Below are positions 25,402-40,558 of a stretch of DNA of 64,000 nt, piece after piece. A program made the translations under genes and the position numbers. Every line of letters begins with the position of its first letter. The stretch's first letter is position 1. The stretch spans positions 30,566,001 to 30,630,000 of the forward strand of contig CM060731.1 of assembly GCA_030704615.1 (NCBI GenBank), in the 5' to 3' direction. Below the pieces are notes generated by a model. It was not told the origin of the DNA. It worked only from the letters and a program-made list of their open reading frames with translations, and did no database searches. The stretch comes from Takakia lepidozioides. Taxonomy: Eukaryota; Plantae; Bryophyta.

Positions 25402-28400
25402 TCACCAATAATCCCCACATGAACACACCCCGTTCTTGAAGTGATGAAAGCGGTTGGAGTCTCTTGCGACAATTTCCCGCCCCTCAATCTTGGAGATGAA
25501 CTTTGTGGCATTGTGGCAATCGCCACATACCCGAAGGTTCTTGATGATGCGGATAGGTGCCTTGGGGGGCATGCTGATGAGCCCGAAAGCAATGGCCAAC
25601 TTCTCACTGTGGTAGCAGAGAGCCTGCTCCTTTGTCTGCTGATCCACATCATGCAAGACAAAGCGAGTGTCCGGTGTGTACCCAGCCTCCTTCATTTGCC
25701 TGGTCAGTTTCTCCAACACAGCATAGATTTCCTCTGTTTGTGGGTGCGATCTATCTTCGGCAAAGAATGTATGTACCCTGTTCTTGACCTGAATCCAGCT
25801 CTGGCCCGGCTCCTTTTTCACACCTCTGTCCTCCATTGCTTTTCTCACCTTCCATACATCATCCCACCTGCCAGCAGCAGCATAGATATTTGAAAGCAGA
25901 ACATACACTCCAGCATTTTCTGGTTCCAACTTGAAGATATGTTCTGCAGCACGTTCTGCTAGCTCCACACTGCCATAGATTTTGCAGGCGCCAAGCAAGG
26001 CCCCCCACACTGAAACATCTGGTTTGAATGGCATCTTCTGAATGAAATCCTCTGCCTTATCCAAATACCCAGCACGGCCAAGAAGGTCAACCATGCAGCT
26101 GTAGTGCTTTCCTGTTGGAGTGATGCCATGATCTTGGGTCATAGAGAGGAAGTACTGATGGCCCTCTTCCACTAGGCCCAAATGGCTACAAGCAGAAAGT
26201 ACACCAAGATAAGTAACCTCGTTTGGCTTCAACCCTTCACCTTCCATCTGTGCAAAGAGCTTGAGGGCCTCCTTGCCAATCCCATGCTGGGCATATCCTG
26301 TAATCATTGCATTCCACGAGACAGTATTTCGTTCCACAATCTTGCAGAACACTTCCCATGCATCCCCCACACTCCCGCACTTGGCATACATGTCCACAAG
26401 GGCAGTCCCCACCACTGCGTCTGACTCAAATCCAGATGTAGTAATGTGGGCATGAATGCACCTGCCCTCCTCCAAGGCTGCTAGGCTGGCACATGCATTG
26501 AGGATGCTAATGAAAGTCACCTTGTCAGGCTTCGCACCCTGTCGTTGCATTTGACGATATAGTTCAAATGTCTCTACACCATGCCCTTGCTGAACTAATC
26601 CTGTAATCATCGCATTCCATGTGATTACATCTCGCTTCGGTGTATTATCAAATACTTGCTGAGCATCCACCAAACTCCCGCACCTGCAATACATGCTGAG
26701 AAGAGCATTCGTCACTCGCACAACGGCCTCTAATTCATCTTTGACTATGCCTGCATGGAGTTGCTTTCCATGTTCCAACGATGATGGGCTAGAACATGCG
26801 TTGAGGATGCTGATGTACGTGACCTCGTTAGGTGTCACCCCTTCCCGTGGCATTTTCTGAAAGAGATCAAATGCCTCTTCAATTTGCCCCTGCTGAGCTA
26901 CTCCTGTTATTATCGCATTCCAGGATATCACATCCCGCTTAGACATTTTAACGAACACTTGTCGCGCATCCTCCACACAACCACACTTTATATACATACT
27001 TACAAGGGCATTCGCCACTCCGATGTCTGACTCAAATCCCATTTTGACAATGCCCGCATGGAGCCGCTTGCCCAGCTCCAGAGCTGCTGGGCTAGCACAT
27101 GCGTTGAGGATGCTCATGTGGGTGATCCCATTTGGCTTCACGCCTTCTCGTTGCATTTTCTGAAAAAATTCAAATGCCTCATCCCCATTCCCTTGCTGAG
27201 CTAATCCTGCGATCATTGCAGTCCATGCGACGACATCGTGGGTGGGCATTTGGAGAAAAACTTGGCGAGCATATCCCACACCGCTGCACTTCAAGTACAT
27301 GCTGACAAGGGCAGTTCCCACTTGGATATCAGAATCCAGTCCGGCTTCGATGATGCCCGCATGCAGCCGCTTGCCGTTATCCAAATCTCGTAGCATGGCG
27401 CAGGTGTTCAGGATTGCCATGAAAGTGACCTTGTTTGGCTTCACGCCTTCTTGTTGCATTTGCCTAAAGAATTCAAATGCCTTTTCACCATCCCCTTGTT
27501 GAGTTAACCCTGCAATCAATACAGTCCATGAGACCACATTCCGCGTGGGCATTTTGTGGAACACTTGGAGCGCATCCGATACACTCCCGCACTTGCAATA
27601 CATGCTGACCAGGGTGGTTTGTAAGAAAACGTCTGGCTGGAATCCACTTGCAACGATGTGCCTGTGGACCCCTTTGCCCACTGCCAGAGCTTTCGTCTTA
27701 CCACACGCTTGCAAGAGACAAGAACAAGTTTGAAAGTATGCCCGAAATCCCCTGCCCTCCATGACATCCAAAATGCGCACTGCCTCTTCCACTCGTCCCT
27801 CCTTGCACAATGTGCCCAGATCCCCACCAGCTCCACCAATGTCGTTGTCCCATGGCTTCCCAACTTGTGTTTGGATTTGCCCTCCATCAGCAGCAGTGAT
27901 GGTGCCCCTGCAAAATGGCCTCTTCCCCTTGCTCTGATTATAAGGCCCTGCAAACAACTGGGTCTGATGCCAGACTTGTAAATCGACTGCCCTACATAAT
28001 AATAAAGAGTCCTTCAAGCCCAGTATCTTGGGCACTACAAGTTCTGTATGCATGCAACTGCGTAATAAAAAGGAGGTGTTCGAGCCCTGTATACCCCACA
28101 CTGGAATCTCTGTGAGCAGAGACTTGCAAGTGTGCATGTTGCACACAAGACGGGCTGAAAAATTGAGCGAACTTCATGACTGTAAGTAGAGAGAGACTGT
28201 GTACATAGCCTTATCTATCTAGGTAGGTCGGGGTATGTACATTATTCATCCATCTTGCATGGTTGCACCGGAAGCTGTGGGTCCCTGTTTGGCTATGGAA
28301 GCATCGAAGCATCCTGGAATCTGTACCCCCTCCACTGGGAGTCAGGGAGGTAGAGCAGGGTAGAGCAAGGTAGAGCTGAGCTGATGGACCTGATCTGATG

Positions 28401-28478
28401 GGGGCCATGGGTCGATGAATGTCTGAGGTATTGTTGCAGAGGAAGAAGGGTTTTGTTGTGAGACATCCAGCAGAGCAT
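25402..28478 (-). CDS. PLS-class PPR protein with E1-E2-DYW deaminase (organellar C-to-U editing factor); first exon uncertain
   Basis: Uninterrupted L-S-P triplets, then P2-L2-S2, E1/E2, the PG box KKEPGQSWI, HSEKLA, CGDCH and CSCGDYW*. A possible leader exon runs from ATG 28478, spliced to ~27991. Confidence 0.93.
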
Positions 28479-28569
28479 ATATCATTTCAAGACGAGATTT
28501 TTGGGGTGACGAGCGCCAAGCTGCTTCTTCACTTCAAGGGCATTTGGGCCTGCTGATCGATCCTTCAAC

Positions 28570-29285
28570 ATGTCAGTTTACTAGTCAGTGTTCGTCCTTT
28601 CTCCCTTTCTAAGATCAAAGACTTCACCTTTCTAAGATTCGGAGCCTCAGGGCATTCTGAAATTGATAATCTTGCAATAATTTTCTGATCAGTGGACGTA
28701 GCTTCTCATGTGAGGATTCGTCTCCCTCCCTCTGTGCACCATCTGGTTAAGAGTTTGAATTGACGTCCTCTGTCGGTAGCAATCGTTCACTTTTCAACTT
28801 GATGATTGAGTTGAGTGGTATGATTCTGGAGATGGTAACATGTCATAATTGCCCTTGAATTGATTTATATTCCAGCCACAAAGTTTCCTATCTCTCATAT
28901 TTACCACCTTCATGGTCCTCCGTGCAGTTGTCAGGGATGTAGGAGGTGTCTCAACCTCAGTGACGAGAATAAGTATCCTCAGGACACGTACTTCGAAGCT
29001 GGAAACAAAGGTACCGTGTCTTTTTCCGCAATTGATGAGAGTGATTTTCGGAAGAAGGAACAGGTCCAATGCTTCCCCTTCTTCGAAACGCTGGATCATT
29101 GGGGAATTCAAAGGCGACGGACAAAACTGTTATGTGCTGCATGTGGCAAGCGTCTTGGCTACGTCTACAATGATGGTCCGACTGTCGAACCAGCAACTGG
29201 GCAGGCAGGATTTGGTCCAACCCAAGTTGTCCCCCGCCACCCGCGGTATCGCATCAAGACAAAGGCTTTGCGGATCAAACCATGA
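28570..29285 (+). CDS. At4g08330-like small Zn-binding protein; exons 28570-28583 and 28928-29285
   Basis: MSVYY|CQGC...LNL...YFEAGNKGTVSFS...PFFETLDHWGIQRRRTKLLCAACG...GPTQVVPR, with two CxxC pairs. Confidence 0.85.
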
Positions 29286-30438
29286 GCACACTTGTTGATC
29301 TTGGGAAGAGGGAAAGGGGCTCCCTTGAAAGAGTATCGGACACTGTATATAAACTTGAAAACATATTTGCTCTGTAGAAAACAACATAGTCTTGGACAGA
29401 GAGTGCAAGTATGTGCACCCCTGAAAATCTTGAGGGGTGGGTAATATTGTGACGCCAACGGGTAGTCATTAGAAGCAGCTGCTATTCTCCTTCTCTCCAT
29501 CTCAGAGAGACGATCTACCCATTCCTTACCCATTCTGCTGCGGTTTCATAGCCTTGCGGCCATAGTCCTGCACTCCGGCTCCACTTAATTGATGACAGAT
29601 GTGAGGAGAAGACAATTGAAACAGAGATGGGATGGGACTTGTTCGTTGCGTGTAGGCCACTGTGCCATATACTATGTTCCTGACTTTATAAGCCTTACTT
29701 GTCCACCTTTAGTTCTGTACTACTATCAGATGTCCTCAGTTGTAGGTTTAGAACTACAACAAGTGCAAATCATGTGACAGCTTCACGTAAAGAAATGTAT
29801 TGATGGATTGTTCCTCTCCATATTGAAGTTGAGGATTCTGCATAAAGGACAGAGGAGGCTGAAGTTTGCAGTCATTCAATGTGTTCCTCAGTTTTTTGTC
29901 TGTGTTTCCAATCACAAACTAGAAGTGCTTTTTAAACCCTTGTGGCCACAGATTTCCCCTGGAAAAACTGTAAGATATAATTTTAGTTAGATGTTTATAT
30001 ATAGGAAAGAGAAAGCGTGCATTGAGGTAGGGGCATGCCCTTCATGCATTATTTGCACTGTACAATGGTATGACTCCTATGAAGTCTCACAGGCCTGTGC
30101 AGTCCTAGGAGTGTACAAATTGCTTTCAGAAATGATGATAGAATACGTTATTGGGCTCCACAGTGGAGAGATGCAACCAATTCTTATTGTTGCTAGTGCA
30201 TTGTGAGTTGCTATGTGACAATGTCTACCTGAATGTTGAATCTACAGTACTTTACAATGGTCCCAGTTCAATCCAAATTTGGAGTCAAGATTCGAGCTAT
30301 CAAATCCCTTCCCCACTTGCATTTTAACTGGTGTGGTTCATAGATATGAAGTGGGTTACGAACTCTGTCCCAATATAAACCACCCAACACGCCATAACGT
30401 AATGCTTGGGAAGCCATCTCGGAATTGAAGTAGGAAAT

Positions 30439-33033
30439 TTACAAAAACTCCTCCATCAAAGCTCTTGCAGACTTCAACTCTGTCCAAGAACACAAAATCA
30501 TGTGAGCATTTGAGGTTCAAAATATAGATTTTATATACACAAGATACAGCTGCTATGTTTCTTGCAAATGACAGGGTAGGGAGCTTGAAGTCGAAAATTA
30601 TAGCAAAGCATTTCCCATGAGTGTGATGCCCTCCTCAACCACCATGTGCTTTCAAAATACCTGTACAGCAACAGCAGTGAAATATACTACATCGATTTTC
30701 AACGAGTCATCAGGGGAAAGTAATCACAAGGAAACGATGTTACCATGCAAAAGCACTCGGAACTTCTCAGCAGGCAGACACACTAGGAGATCCTTGGTTG
30801 TCTCTCTTTGCTCCTGGTCTGAAGAAGTCAATCGCATAACTAAGTTCTTGGAGTCCCCTAGTTGAGCTTGCCAGGCCCTGATTTGGAGATCTGGTACTGT
30901 CACACCCCATAAGAAAATGCGTTAGTAACCCAACCCTCCTCCCAACTCCCCTCATTTGGACCCATGTGCCCAAGGACGTGTTATAGCGAACCTCGCAGGG
31001 ACAATCAATGAATACATGAGCCCATCTACCTCCCTTAGTCTTTGGAAGAAAGGCACAATGGAGGAAAGGACATTCCATCTTCTGTATCTTCTATTTTCTG
31101 CTCATTCCAATTTGATATGGTTTACATGGCAGCTGGTGATAACATTACAAACTCTGCGCTGAAACCCACCTCCACTATGTATGCATAGATGTTTTGCTCT
31201 GGGAAGCAGATATGAACTGTACAAAGAGCTGAAGGACCTTGGCTCCTTCTATCCACCCTGTAAATAATGTCTGGCTTAAGCAGAAGAAGCAGCTGACCTA
31301 CCAATGAAGAAGCAAGCTTTTGCAACTTGCTAATGCCCCAAGGGCTTACTTACTTTGGAGGCTCTCTTGTAGAAGCTTAGCCTGCACTGCTTCCTTATGC
31401 TCCCAAAATGGCCTCACCACAGCATCAGTCTGCTCTGCACACCCCAGAATGTTTGAGCAACAAATGTCAAAGTGATACCATGAAAATTACAGTGATAGGT
31501 TGTGAAGCTCTGTTTGTTTACAAGAGAAGGGAGAGAGAGGTAGTCATTACATTATACTTGTGTAGTCTTGTAATCAAAAACACACCCACCTAGCAGGCAA
31601 AGACAGAGAGAGAAAACGAGCTATGAGCGAGGAGACGAGCCAGACCTTTTGGTAGGCCAAGCTGTTGAAGTTCACGTGTGAGAGTAGAGTCTGCGACATC
31701 AAATTTTGCAGCATTTGCAATTATGAAATGGAGTGCTGCAATGCAAGCCCTCATGTCCAACACCCCTGCTCTCCATTGCACACCACACGTCACTCACCTC
31801 ATTCTGCTGAAACAAATCACAGCAATGATGTGATACAGTAAAACAAGCCCTAGTGCATGGGCTGAAAGTAGTTGTTGTTGCAGTGCTCAAGAAGATTTTG
31901 TTTACAGAACAGGGACAACATTCTGTATTGCTGGACGCTGAACTCAAGTCCAAGGACGAAGAAAGATGTGAACTTGATAAGTTGCGAAGTTGGGTTGCAA
32001 ACCTGACCCAGTTGGCAGTATTCTGATAAGAATAGGACCCCATAGAGTACAGCTTGAAACTTCACAGGGGAAACATGCAAGAAACTGACAAGGGAATGAA
32101 TGACGAGAGACACCCAGTGCTTACCAAGAGTTGAGTCAGCTGTGATCTCCATTACATTGTCATGCTGCACAAGAACAGAACGTCCCAACAAATCAATAAA
32201 AAACCATTGTGGCACCATAGTGTGCCAGGACGTAATTTTCGACGTGAACAAGCACCCACAAAAAATAATGGACATGCAAAGTAATTTGTATCAGAGGCAA
32301 CATTATAGTCAGATGCGTACATCAAATACACCTTCCACAATTTTCTGTATGATGTGCTGCACGAGCAACTTGACTCTCCCTGAAGGCTGCCACAGGTCCC
32401 ACCCCCGCAATTAAAAGATTGCAACAAAATCAGGAAACAGTTGGCTCCTCTTTCCTCTTAGTAGTTATCTCATCGACAGTGGATCGAGTGTGAATTATAC
32501 ACCTGCAAATCAAGATTGAGTTTTGGATACTCCATTGCTTGCTTTAAGTTTACCATATCAGTTACGAGATCCTTGCAGCTCTATTGATAGGGTCAAGGGT
32601 TTCGGGTTTAGAAAATGCTTTTACCCGAAAAGAGGAAGAACATCCAGTCCTACAGAATCAATTAACGACCTGGTGGATTGGAAGTTTCAAGCTCGATGCG
32701 ATGGTAAATTGATGAGAAAACCCCGTGTGGACTTTAAAATCCTGACACCTGAAGCCAGGGACGCAGGGAGGCACACCATTCTGCCTCATCCACAGACCAA
32801 ATTTACCTCAATCTGGTTGACGACTGACCAGCCCAAATTCAACCAAATCACCTAAGGAAGTCCACATGGAAGTCCCGGGAAAATTATCTCAAAGAGTTCA
32901 AGCTCTACTTAAACTGATCACGAACACAACGTTCTTCCTTCAGGATAAAGAGACAGACAATGGTGGAGATGGTGGAAATGTTGGAGAGGATCCAGTCGGG
33001 AGCGTCCAATCCCCCACACAAGTGGAACTTCAT
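30439..33033 (-). CDS. COMMD4: COMM domain protein 4, ~7 exons
   Basis: MKFHLCGGLDAPDWILSNISTI|PSGRVKLL...|DMRACIAALHFIIANAAKFDV...ELQQLGLPK|...AEKFRVLLH|ELKSARALMEEFL* matches the COMMD4 pattern. Confidence 0.88.
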
Positions 33034-33316
33034 GCTTGCAAATCTGTCTCTTTCAGTGCAATCTGTGCTCTCCGAGCGCGCTGAAAGATATGCAGTAGTA
33101 TTCCCAACACCGACGGACTCGGCCAGACATTCACTGTCGTCCGTCTTTCCGTCAACCGGACGCTAGCGCACGTTGATCCACTTGAGAACGCTCGTTTATC
33201 GGTCGTTCAGAGACGCGTTAAACGTTGACGACGCATCTTCATGAATATACCGAGGCTTCGTTCGTTGGTGACCTGATGACCTGGAGCAGCCGGGTGAGGC
33301 AGGAGGTAAAAGCCCT

Positions 33317-33325
33317 AAACCCTAA
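33317..33325 (+). promoter_or_regulatory. Telo-box (AAACCCTAA) upstream of RPL37
   Basis: Exact motif ~70 bp before the ATG; typical of plant ribosomal protein genes. Confidence 0.7.
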
Positions 33326-33391
33326 TCGGTCGTTCTCTTTTTGTCCTCGCCACATCTTCGTTGGCCTTCTCCGCCACAGCGTTTCTGCAAA

Positions 33392-34959
<1,568 letters not shown>

Positions 34960-36461
34960 CTTGCTTGATTGAAGCCTTGGGGTCGGGAGTACTTTTGTGC
35001 GTCAACATTTGATTGTTTTCTGATGGCCCCAGTAAACAATCCTTCCTGTGATGAGTGAACAGTAATTTTGTGCTATACTGCAGAAGGATATTTTCCTCAT
35101 CTGCTTTAAGAGTCCCTTGCAGTTCTGCTTTAAAGGCCGAGGATATCTACATTTTACACAATGCTACATACATGCAGCTTCGGGCTTTGTGTGGTTTGGC
35201 CCATCATTATGTGCACTTCTCTCTTGTGCTGCTGAGGTGTTAGTTTTGGGGATTGTGCCCTAAGTATGCAGTGCTTCAGATATTTGTCTTAGTTCACCAT
35301 CAGGCACCATGGTCTAAAAAGGACATTGATGGGACATGGTAACATGTCGAGACTGCTTTCTGCACTCAGATCCATTCTTGTGTTCTTTGATTCCATGGTG
35401 TGGCCTTTTCCATGATTGGCACACAGCCTTCACTACCCCAGGTTGTTGGGCGGAAAGCAACTTTACTGGATCCGAGGCAGTAGTCCCCCCGAGTTCAGAG
35501 TAGACTAGATTTTTGCATGTCATGGAAGATTGTTCACTACATTTCGTCAAGGTCAGAGGTCAGACCTGGCTTTTGCAGTTTGACACATTCCTGGTTGTCA
35601 TTTGCTGCATAGAAATTGGATTTAGTGAGTCAAACTATGATCCTTTTGGGATTGCCTTATAATCATGGTCCTGCAAGTCCAGGAACTCACTGGGTATCCA
35701 AGTTTAAGTTTAGAGCAGGGGGATTCACTTCTCATACCAAGGCAATGTTGCAATCCAATTTGATTAGCACAAAGCATTGTACTTACTACCAACCTCACAT
35801 CCTTCCATGATGGAAACCATAAACAAAAGGTATGGGGGGCCTATGATGTTATGACAACCCTCCCTCAGACAACCCATTTCATGCCCTAAGTTGTATGCAG
35901 TTATCAATGATCGAATATTACGGCTATTGACTGAATCTCAAAACAGCCATTCCTAAAGCCTCATAGCCAATAAAAACCTGCAAATGATGCAGCCTTTCAT
36001 AATTCACCCTTCCATAATTCACTGGGACTACATCTTTTGAGATTGCATCAAGATGCCCTTGTTGTACACAAACACATTCTCCAAGTGCATTGGTAGTGTT
36101 CTTGCAGACGTCCCCATCTATTTTTGTACAACTACACTACTCTGTTTTATCCCTCAAAATTATGTAACAATCTGAATGTAATACCCCAGAGAAATGCCTC
36201 ACTTTATGTTACAATTTGAATGTATGAAGAAGGAAGCTATCTATGTGGTATCTCTAGCACACTTTCCAATAGATACATTACTACAGTCACCACCAGAATT
36301 CCCCAGGGAGATGGTCTCAAAAGTTGCCACCAGAACTGGAGAGGGAAGCAAAGACTTCATAGTGGGATGGACAATACAAACATCTCACCAATTTGCAATT
36401 GAATCGAGAAGCTTGTTGCTCCAAACCCAGAAAGGGGGGTGATTAGAAGGGAGAGAGATGT

Positions 36462-39130
36462 TTAAACCTTCTTTCCTCGTAATTGAACACCGGGCGGAGT
36501 CCCTTTCTTCATTCGCACTCCCCCACACCGCGAACACTGTGACAGACAGACTTGGCGGTGTCAAACCTCTCCTATAATGTCGAACTGGAGGACAAAGAGG
36601 CATATAAAAAAAACTTCGAATAAAAAGAGCATAACACACTTTATCACCACTTGTTGACACTTGCTTTCAAGACATGGAAACCCTAGCAATTACGCATGAT
36701 TTATTATTAATTTTAAAAGCATTGTCGTAGACCCAAAAAGGAGGTAACAAGATGGTCACAAACACTGTCAGAACGTACATAGCAAAAGAAAGAGAGAAAG
36801 GAACTTTGTAGCAACCACAGGAAGCTCAAAGAGCTTATGGGACGAAGGAGGAGAGTAAACAGAACAGAGAAGAGGGGTCCCAACAAACAACCACCACAAC
36901 CATACAACTACAAATCAACCTCGAGTGCAAGAGAGTTGAAATGACTGAAGACATGTACCTTTTTAGTGCATGAGCCAAAGCAAAGAGGGCAAGGGTCGGC
37001 TCGCCGCAATTTGCCTTCCCAGTTAATTCTTCCTTGGCCTTGACACACATGGCATTGATCCACTCCATATCCATCACACTTTGTGCACACCTTCTGCACA
37101 AGTTATACTATTTTTTATGAAATGGACTCGACTCTGAAACATCAGAGTTTGCTTCTTCCACTGAAAAGATGTGAAACATCCTGCCATTCAAGGAACAACC
37201 TGCTAACACAAAACAAGAAGTCTGTCTGAGATGTTATAACACTGTAAATGTTGTTACATCAGCGCATATAACATACGTCTACAACAGCTGCATGAGAAAT
37301 ATTCATATGAAACTCACCTGAGGAGCTTGGCTCCTTGGAAATAGCCCATGTTTTTGAACAGCTGTCACAAGTCCAAGAGCAGCCACAACCACAGCCATTA
37401 TAACGCCGGGGGGGCCTGCACATGTGTACAATGCCCCAGATAAGCAACTATATTTGAGTCAAACAGATGAGTGGCAGCCCAGGGGTCCATTGGCAGGCTG
37501 TATAATGGGTCCAGTCCTACCCATCAGTTCTTTTAGACTCCACAGCCAAGGAAGCTTGACACCCCGTTCAGTGATCATCTTTTTCTCAACAAGAGGATCA
37601 GATGTGGTGGCAGCCACAAAGAAGCGCAATTCAGGCTTTATCCAAATTTTAATTCTTTGATTGGTGGTGTGGACAGTGTACCCTTGTTAGAAGTCCAACT
37701 AGCACATGAAGCAAATGATACTTTTAAGTGCTCACATATTCCTGTGGATATTGTGCAAGAAAGTCAGCTTCTCCACGAAGAGGTACAATTACATGGGCCC
37801 TGCATAATCCAAACCTGCCTAAGATTGACCTTGAACCAAGTCTTCACTGAAGTGATACCAATTGTACAGAAGGAAGACCCAGAATATATATATATACCTT
37901 TGATCCTGCTTGATTTGACTGGGGGTCCTACAGCTCCAACCGAGCTTCTTACTGCATGGCCTACAGCAGACGAGAAACCCTGAGAGAGGGACATGGATGG
38001 GGGCCTCACTCTCACACTTCTCTTAGAATCCAAGTCATGTCCAATATCTGTTAAGACAGGCAGCCAACGAATATATTAGTAAACCCCATATCTATATCCT
38101 TGGTCCAGTCACATCTGCTTGTGACTTATTTCTGGCAACAACCAACCTGGATAATTACCTCACAGACTACGGCGTAGCTGCTTAGCTCTGTCAACCACGG
38201 AAATGGTCACACACCTGAAACTTTAGCAAGAGAAGAATTATCTCCAGACACTGCTGCAGCTGGATCCCGTGGCACAACCTGCACCTTATCTATATCCTCA
38301 TGTGACTGTCTGTGGTCCAAGTGCTTTGCATGATTGCCTGGTGGTACTGCAAATGACTCACTTAACAAAACCTCTGCCTGAGGGGACAAGGAGCCACTCA
38401 ACCCAGAACCATCGGGATTCTTCAGAGCCTCCAAAACATGGTCTGATCTGTGCTGCACACCTTCAAAGCTCTCAACCAGCGGAGAATATGATGCCCTGCA
38501 TGTGAAAACGATGCCAATCAATCAAGATGTCCTTGAAGGATCGTTCTACTGTAAGTTCCCACCCATATCATAACTGACTCTATTAAGGCAAGACTAGCAC
38601 CAAATGACATCAGGCCTTACATCAGAACCTCGAAATTCCCCAGATGGTCAGCAAATGGCCTTCAGAGGTCTAAATTCGCAACAATAATAGTGGTATGTTT
38701 CTGAAAATGCAGTGTTTGTGTAAATGCCAAACCAGACATTTCTCCGTTTTCATCCTCACATAGAACAAAACGTGAATTGCAGTTCCAAGAAGCACTAAGC
38801 TGGTGCGCATCTGCCAGAACAAAAGATTGACGTCTTTTGTGGCACTTAGCAACGCACGTGAAACTAGACCCATAACACCGTATCTCGCTCTCCAATCTCC
38901 AAACTACAAGGCGAGAATTACCTTATCTCCGTTCTTTGAGAATCTCTACGCTGTGATTGATTGAATTTGATATTCCCCACGCCTTGCACACCTCCAGCTA
39001 TGAGAAATGACCTATGATTACGAGGAAGGCCTGATGTTTCCAAGATATCGGCCTGTCCAACACCTGCTGTTGATAACGTCGCATAATTGCAGCAACTCGT
39101 GCATATATTTGCATCCCGAAGACCCAACAT
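36462..39130 (-). CDS. Single-TM protein with C-terminal DnaJ-type (CxxCxGxG) zinc finger and no J domain, 6 coding exons
   Basis: Phase-consistent exons give ...GVIMAVVVAALGLVTAV...APQ|KVCTKCDGYG..CHVCQGQG...CPLCFGSCTKK|CSRCGG...*. Confidence 0.8.
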
Positions 39131-40163
39131 TATTAACTATCTGTTGAGCGAGTAGAGGATCACCTAAAGTAAACCGAGGCGTAAACCAATACGTCGGTGG
39201 GTCAGTAACACTAGAATAGCAGATACGAAAATCCAGGAGCTGTTGTTCGTATACGATTTGTTCAGAGTTGAATTATGTACTGGACAACCAGAATAACGTG
39301 GTATGAGAACGAGCGTCCACAGAACTTCAGAAGCTATAGCGCCAAGATATGTCAGGACCTTCAAATACTTCCCAGAGTGTTCGAACAGGTACTATGAGAA
39401 AACTGTCGGGATATCAATGAAATGTCAGGATCCCGAAATTCTATCAAACTTCCTCCAGAGATGCTCTCGAAATCAGTACGTTGTCTCCTGTTCACATATC
39501 AAAACCTTGCCATTCCGCAAACTGTAGGCAGTAGCTGGATGGATACTTCAGCATACACCTAATCCAACTATGTGACTGATCAGGAATGCCAGAGGCAGTG
39601 GCAGCTGCTTGTGGCTGCCAGCATACCTACTTTTGCCGTTTTCACCTCCGCTTGCAGTAAAGACCGACAGAATCTACTAGACTGTGCAAGCAAGTGCTCA
39701 CGACAAAATGGAAACCGGCATTGCCTGGGCCCATGGCAGTGGCGTGATTATCCACCTCCGAAACGATCCGCTCACAGCGATGTGGCACACCTGCATCCTC
39801 TCATCGCCATCCTCTCGCCGTCCTTATTACCCCTCCTTCCCTCCACACCCAAGCCAGCCCTTCCTTCACATTTTCTCATTCTTTTTTTCCCTTTTTTGTT
39901 TTTGAGAAAAGGGAGTGGTCACCCTTAACCTTTATAAAAAAGGTGGACAAAAAACCGTCCAGAGAGTCATTCTTATTATTATTATCCGGACAAGGAGATT
40001 ATTATATATGCGCATAAATGCGCTCTTTTGGATTGACGAGCTTCTGTACGAGTGCCATGTGGCACAAATAAACCAACCATTCCAAGCCAAGCGTCTGCCC
40101 GCAAAGTTAGCCTCTTTCCAAATTGTCACGTCAATGGACCCCTGACGTGGCGTGACGTGACGT

Positions 40164-40472
40164 GACATGGCGCATTCCGAGATGTTGTATGAGCTCTGAA
40201 GTGGATGACATCACTTCGGGATGTTGTTTTGGTGACGTGGGATGACGTGGCGCATTCCGAGATGTTGTATGAGCTCTGAAGTGGATGACGTCACTTCGGG
40301 ATGTTGTTTTGGTGACGTGGGGTGACGTGGCGCAATCCGAGATGTTGTATGAGCTCTGAAGTGGATGACGTCACTTCGGGATGTTGTTTTGGTGACGTGG
40401 GGTGACGTGGCGCAATCCGAGATGTTGTATGAGCTCTGAAGTGGATGACGTCACTTCGGGATGTCGTTTTGG
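40164..40472. repeat. 80-bp tandem repeat, ~4 copies, rich in TGACGTGG and TGACGTCA
   Basis: cgca(t/a)tccga starts at 40171, 40251, 40331 and 40411; the units are nearly identical. Confidence 0.95.
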
Positions 40473-40558
40473 GCCTTGTGCTCTTGGGGAAGGGAAGGGC
40501 AGAGGAGGGCAGAGCAAGCTTGGCTTGGGTTGTTTGCTGGGAGATCGGGAGGAGAGGG

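Noticed and set aside
31795-31812. COMMD4 micro-exon (cagcagAATGAGgtgag)
   Set aside because: Inclusion gives an in-frame TGA, and the flanking exons join in phase without it.
40164-40472. CRISPR-like array; ORFs 40291-41334 and 40371-40721
   Set aside because: The units are contiguous with no unique spacers, the context is eukaryotic and there are no cas genes. The ORFs are antisense or repeat read-through of LIL3.
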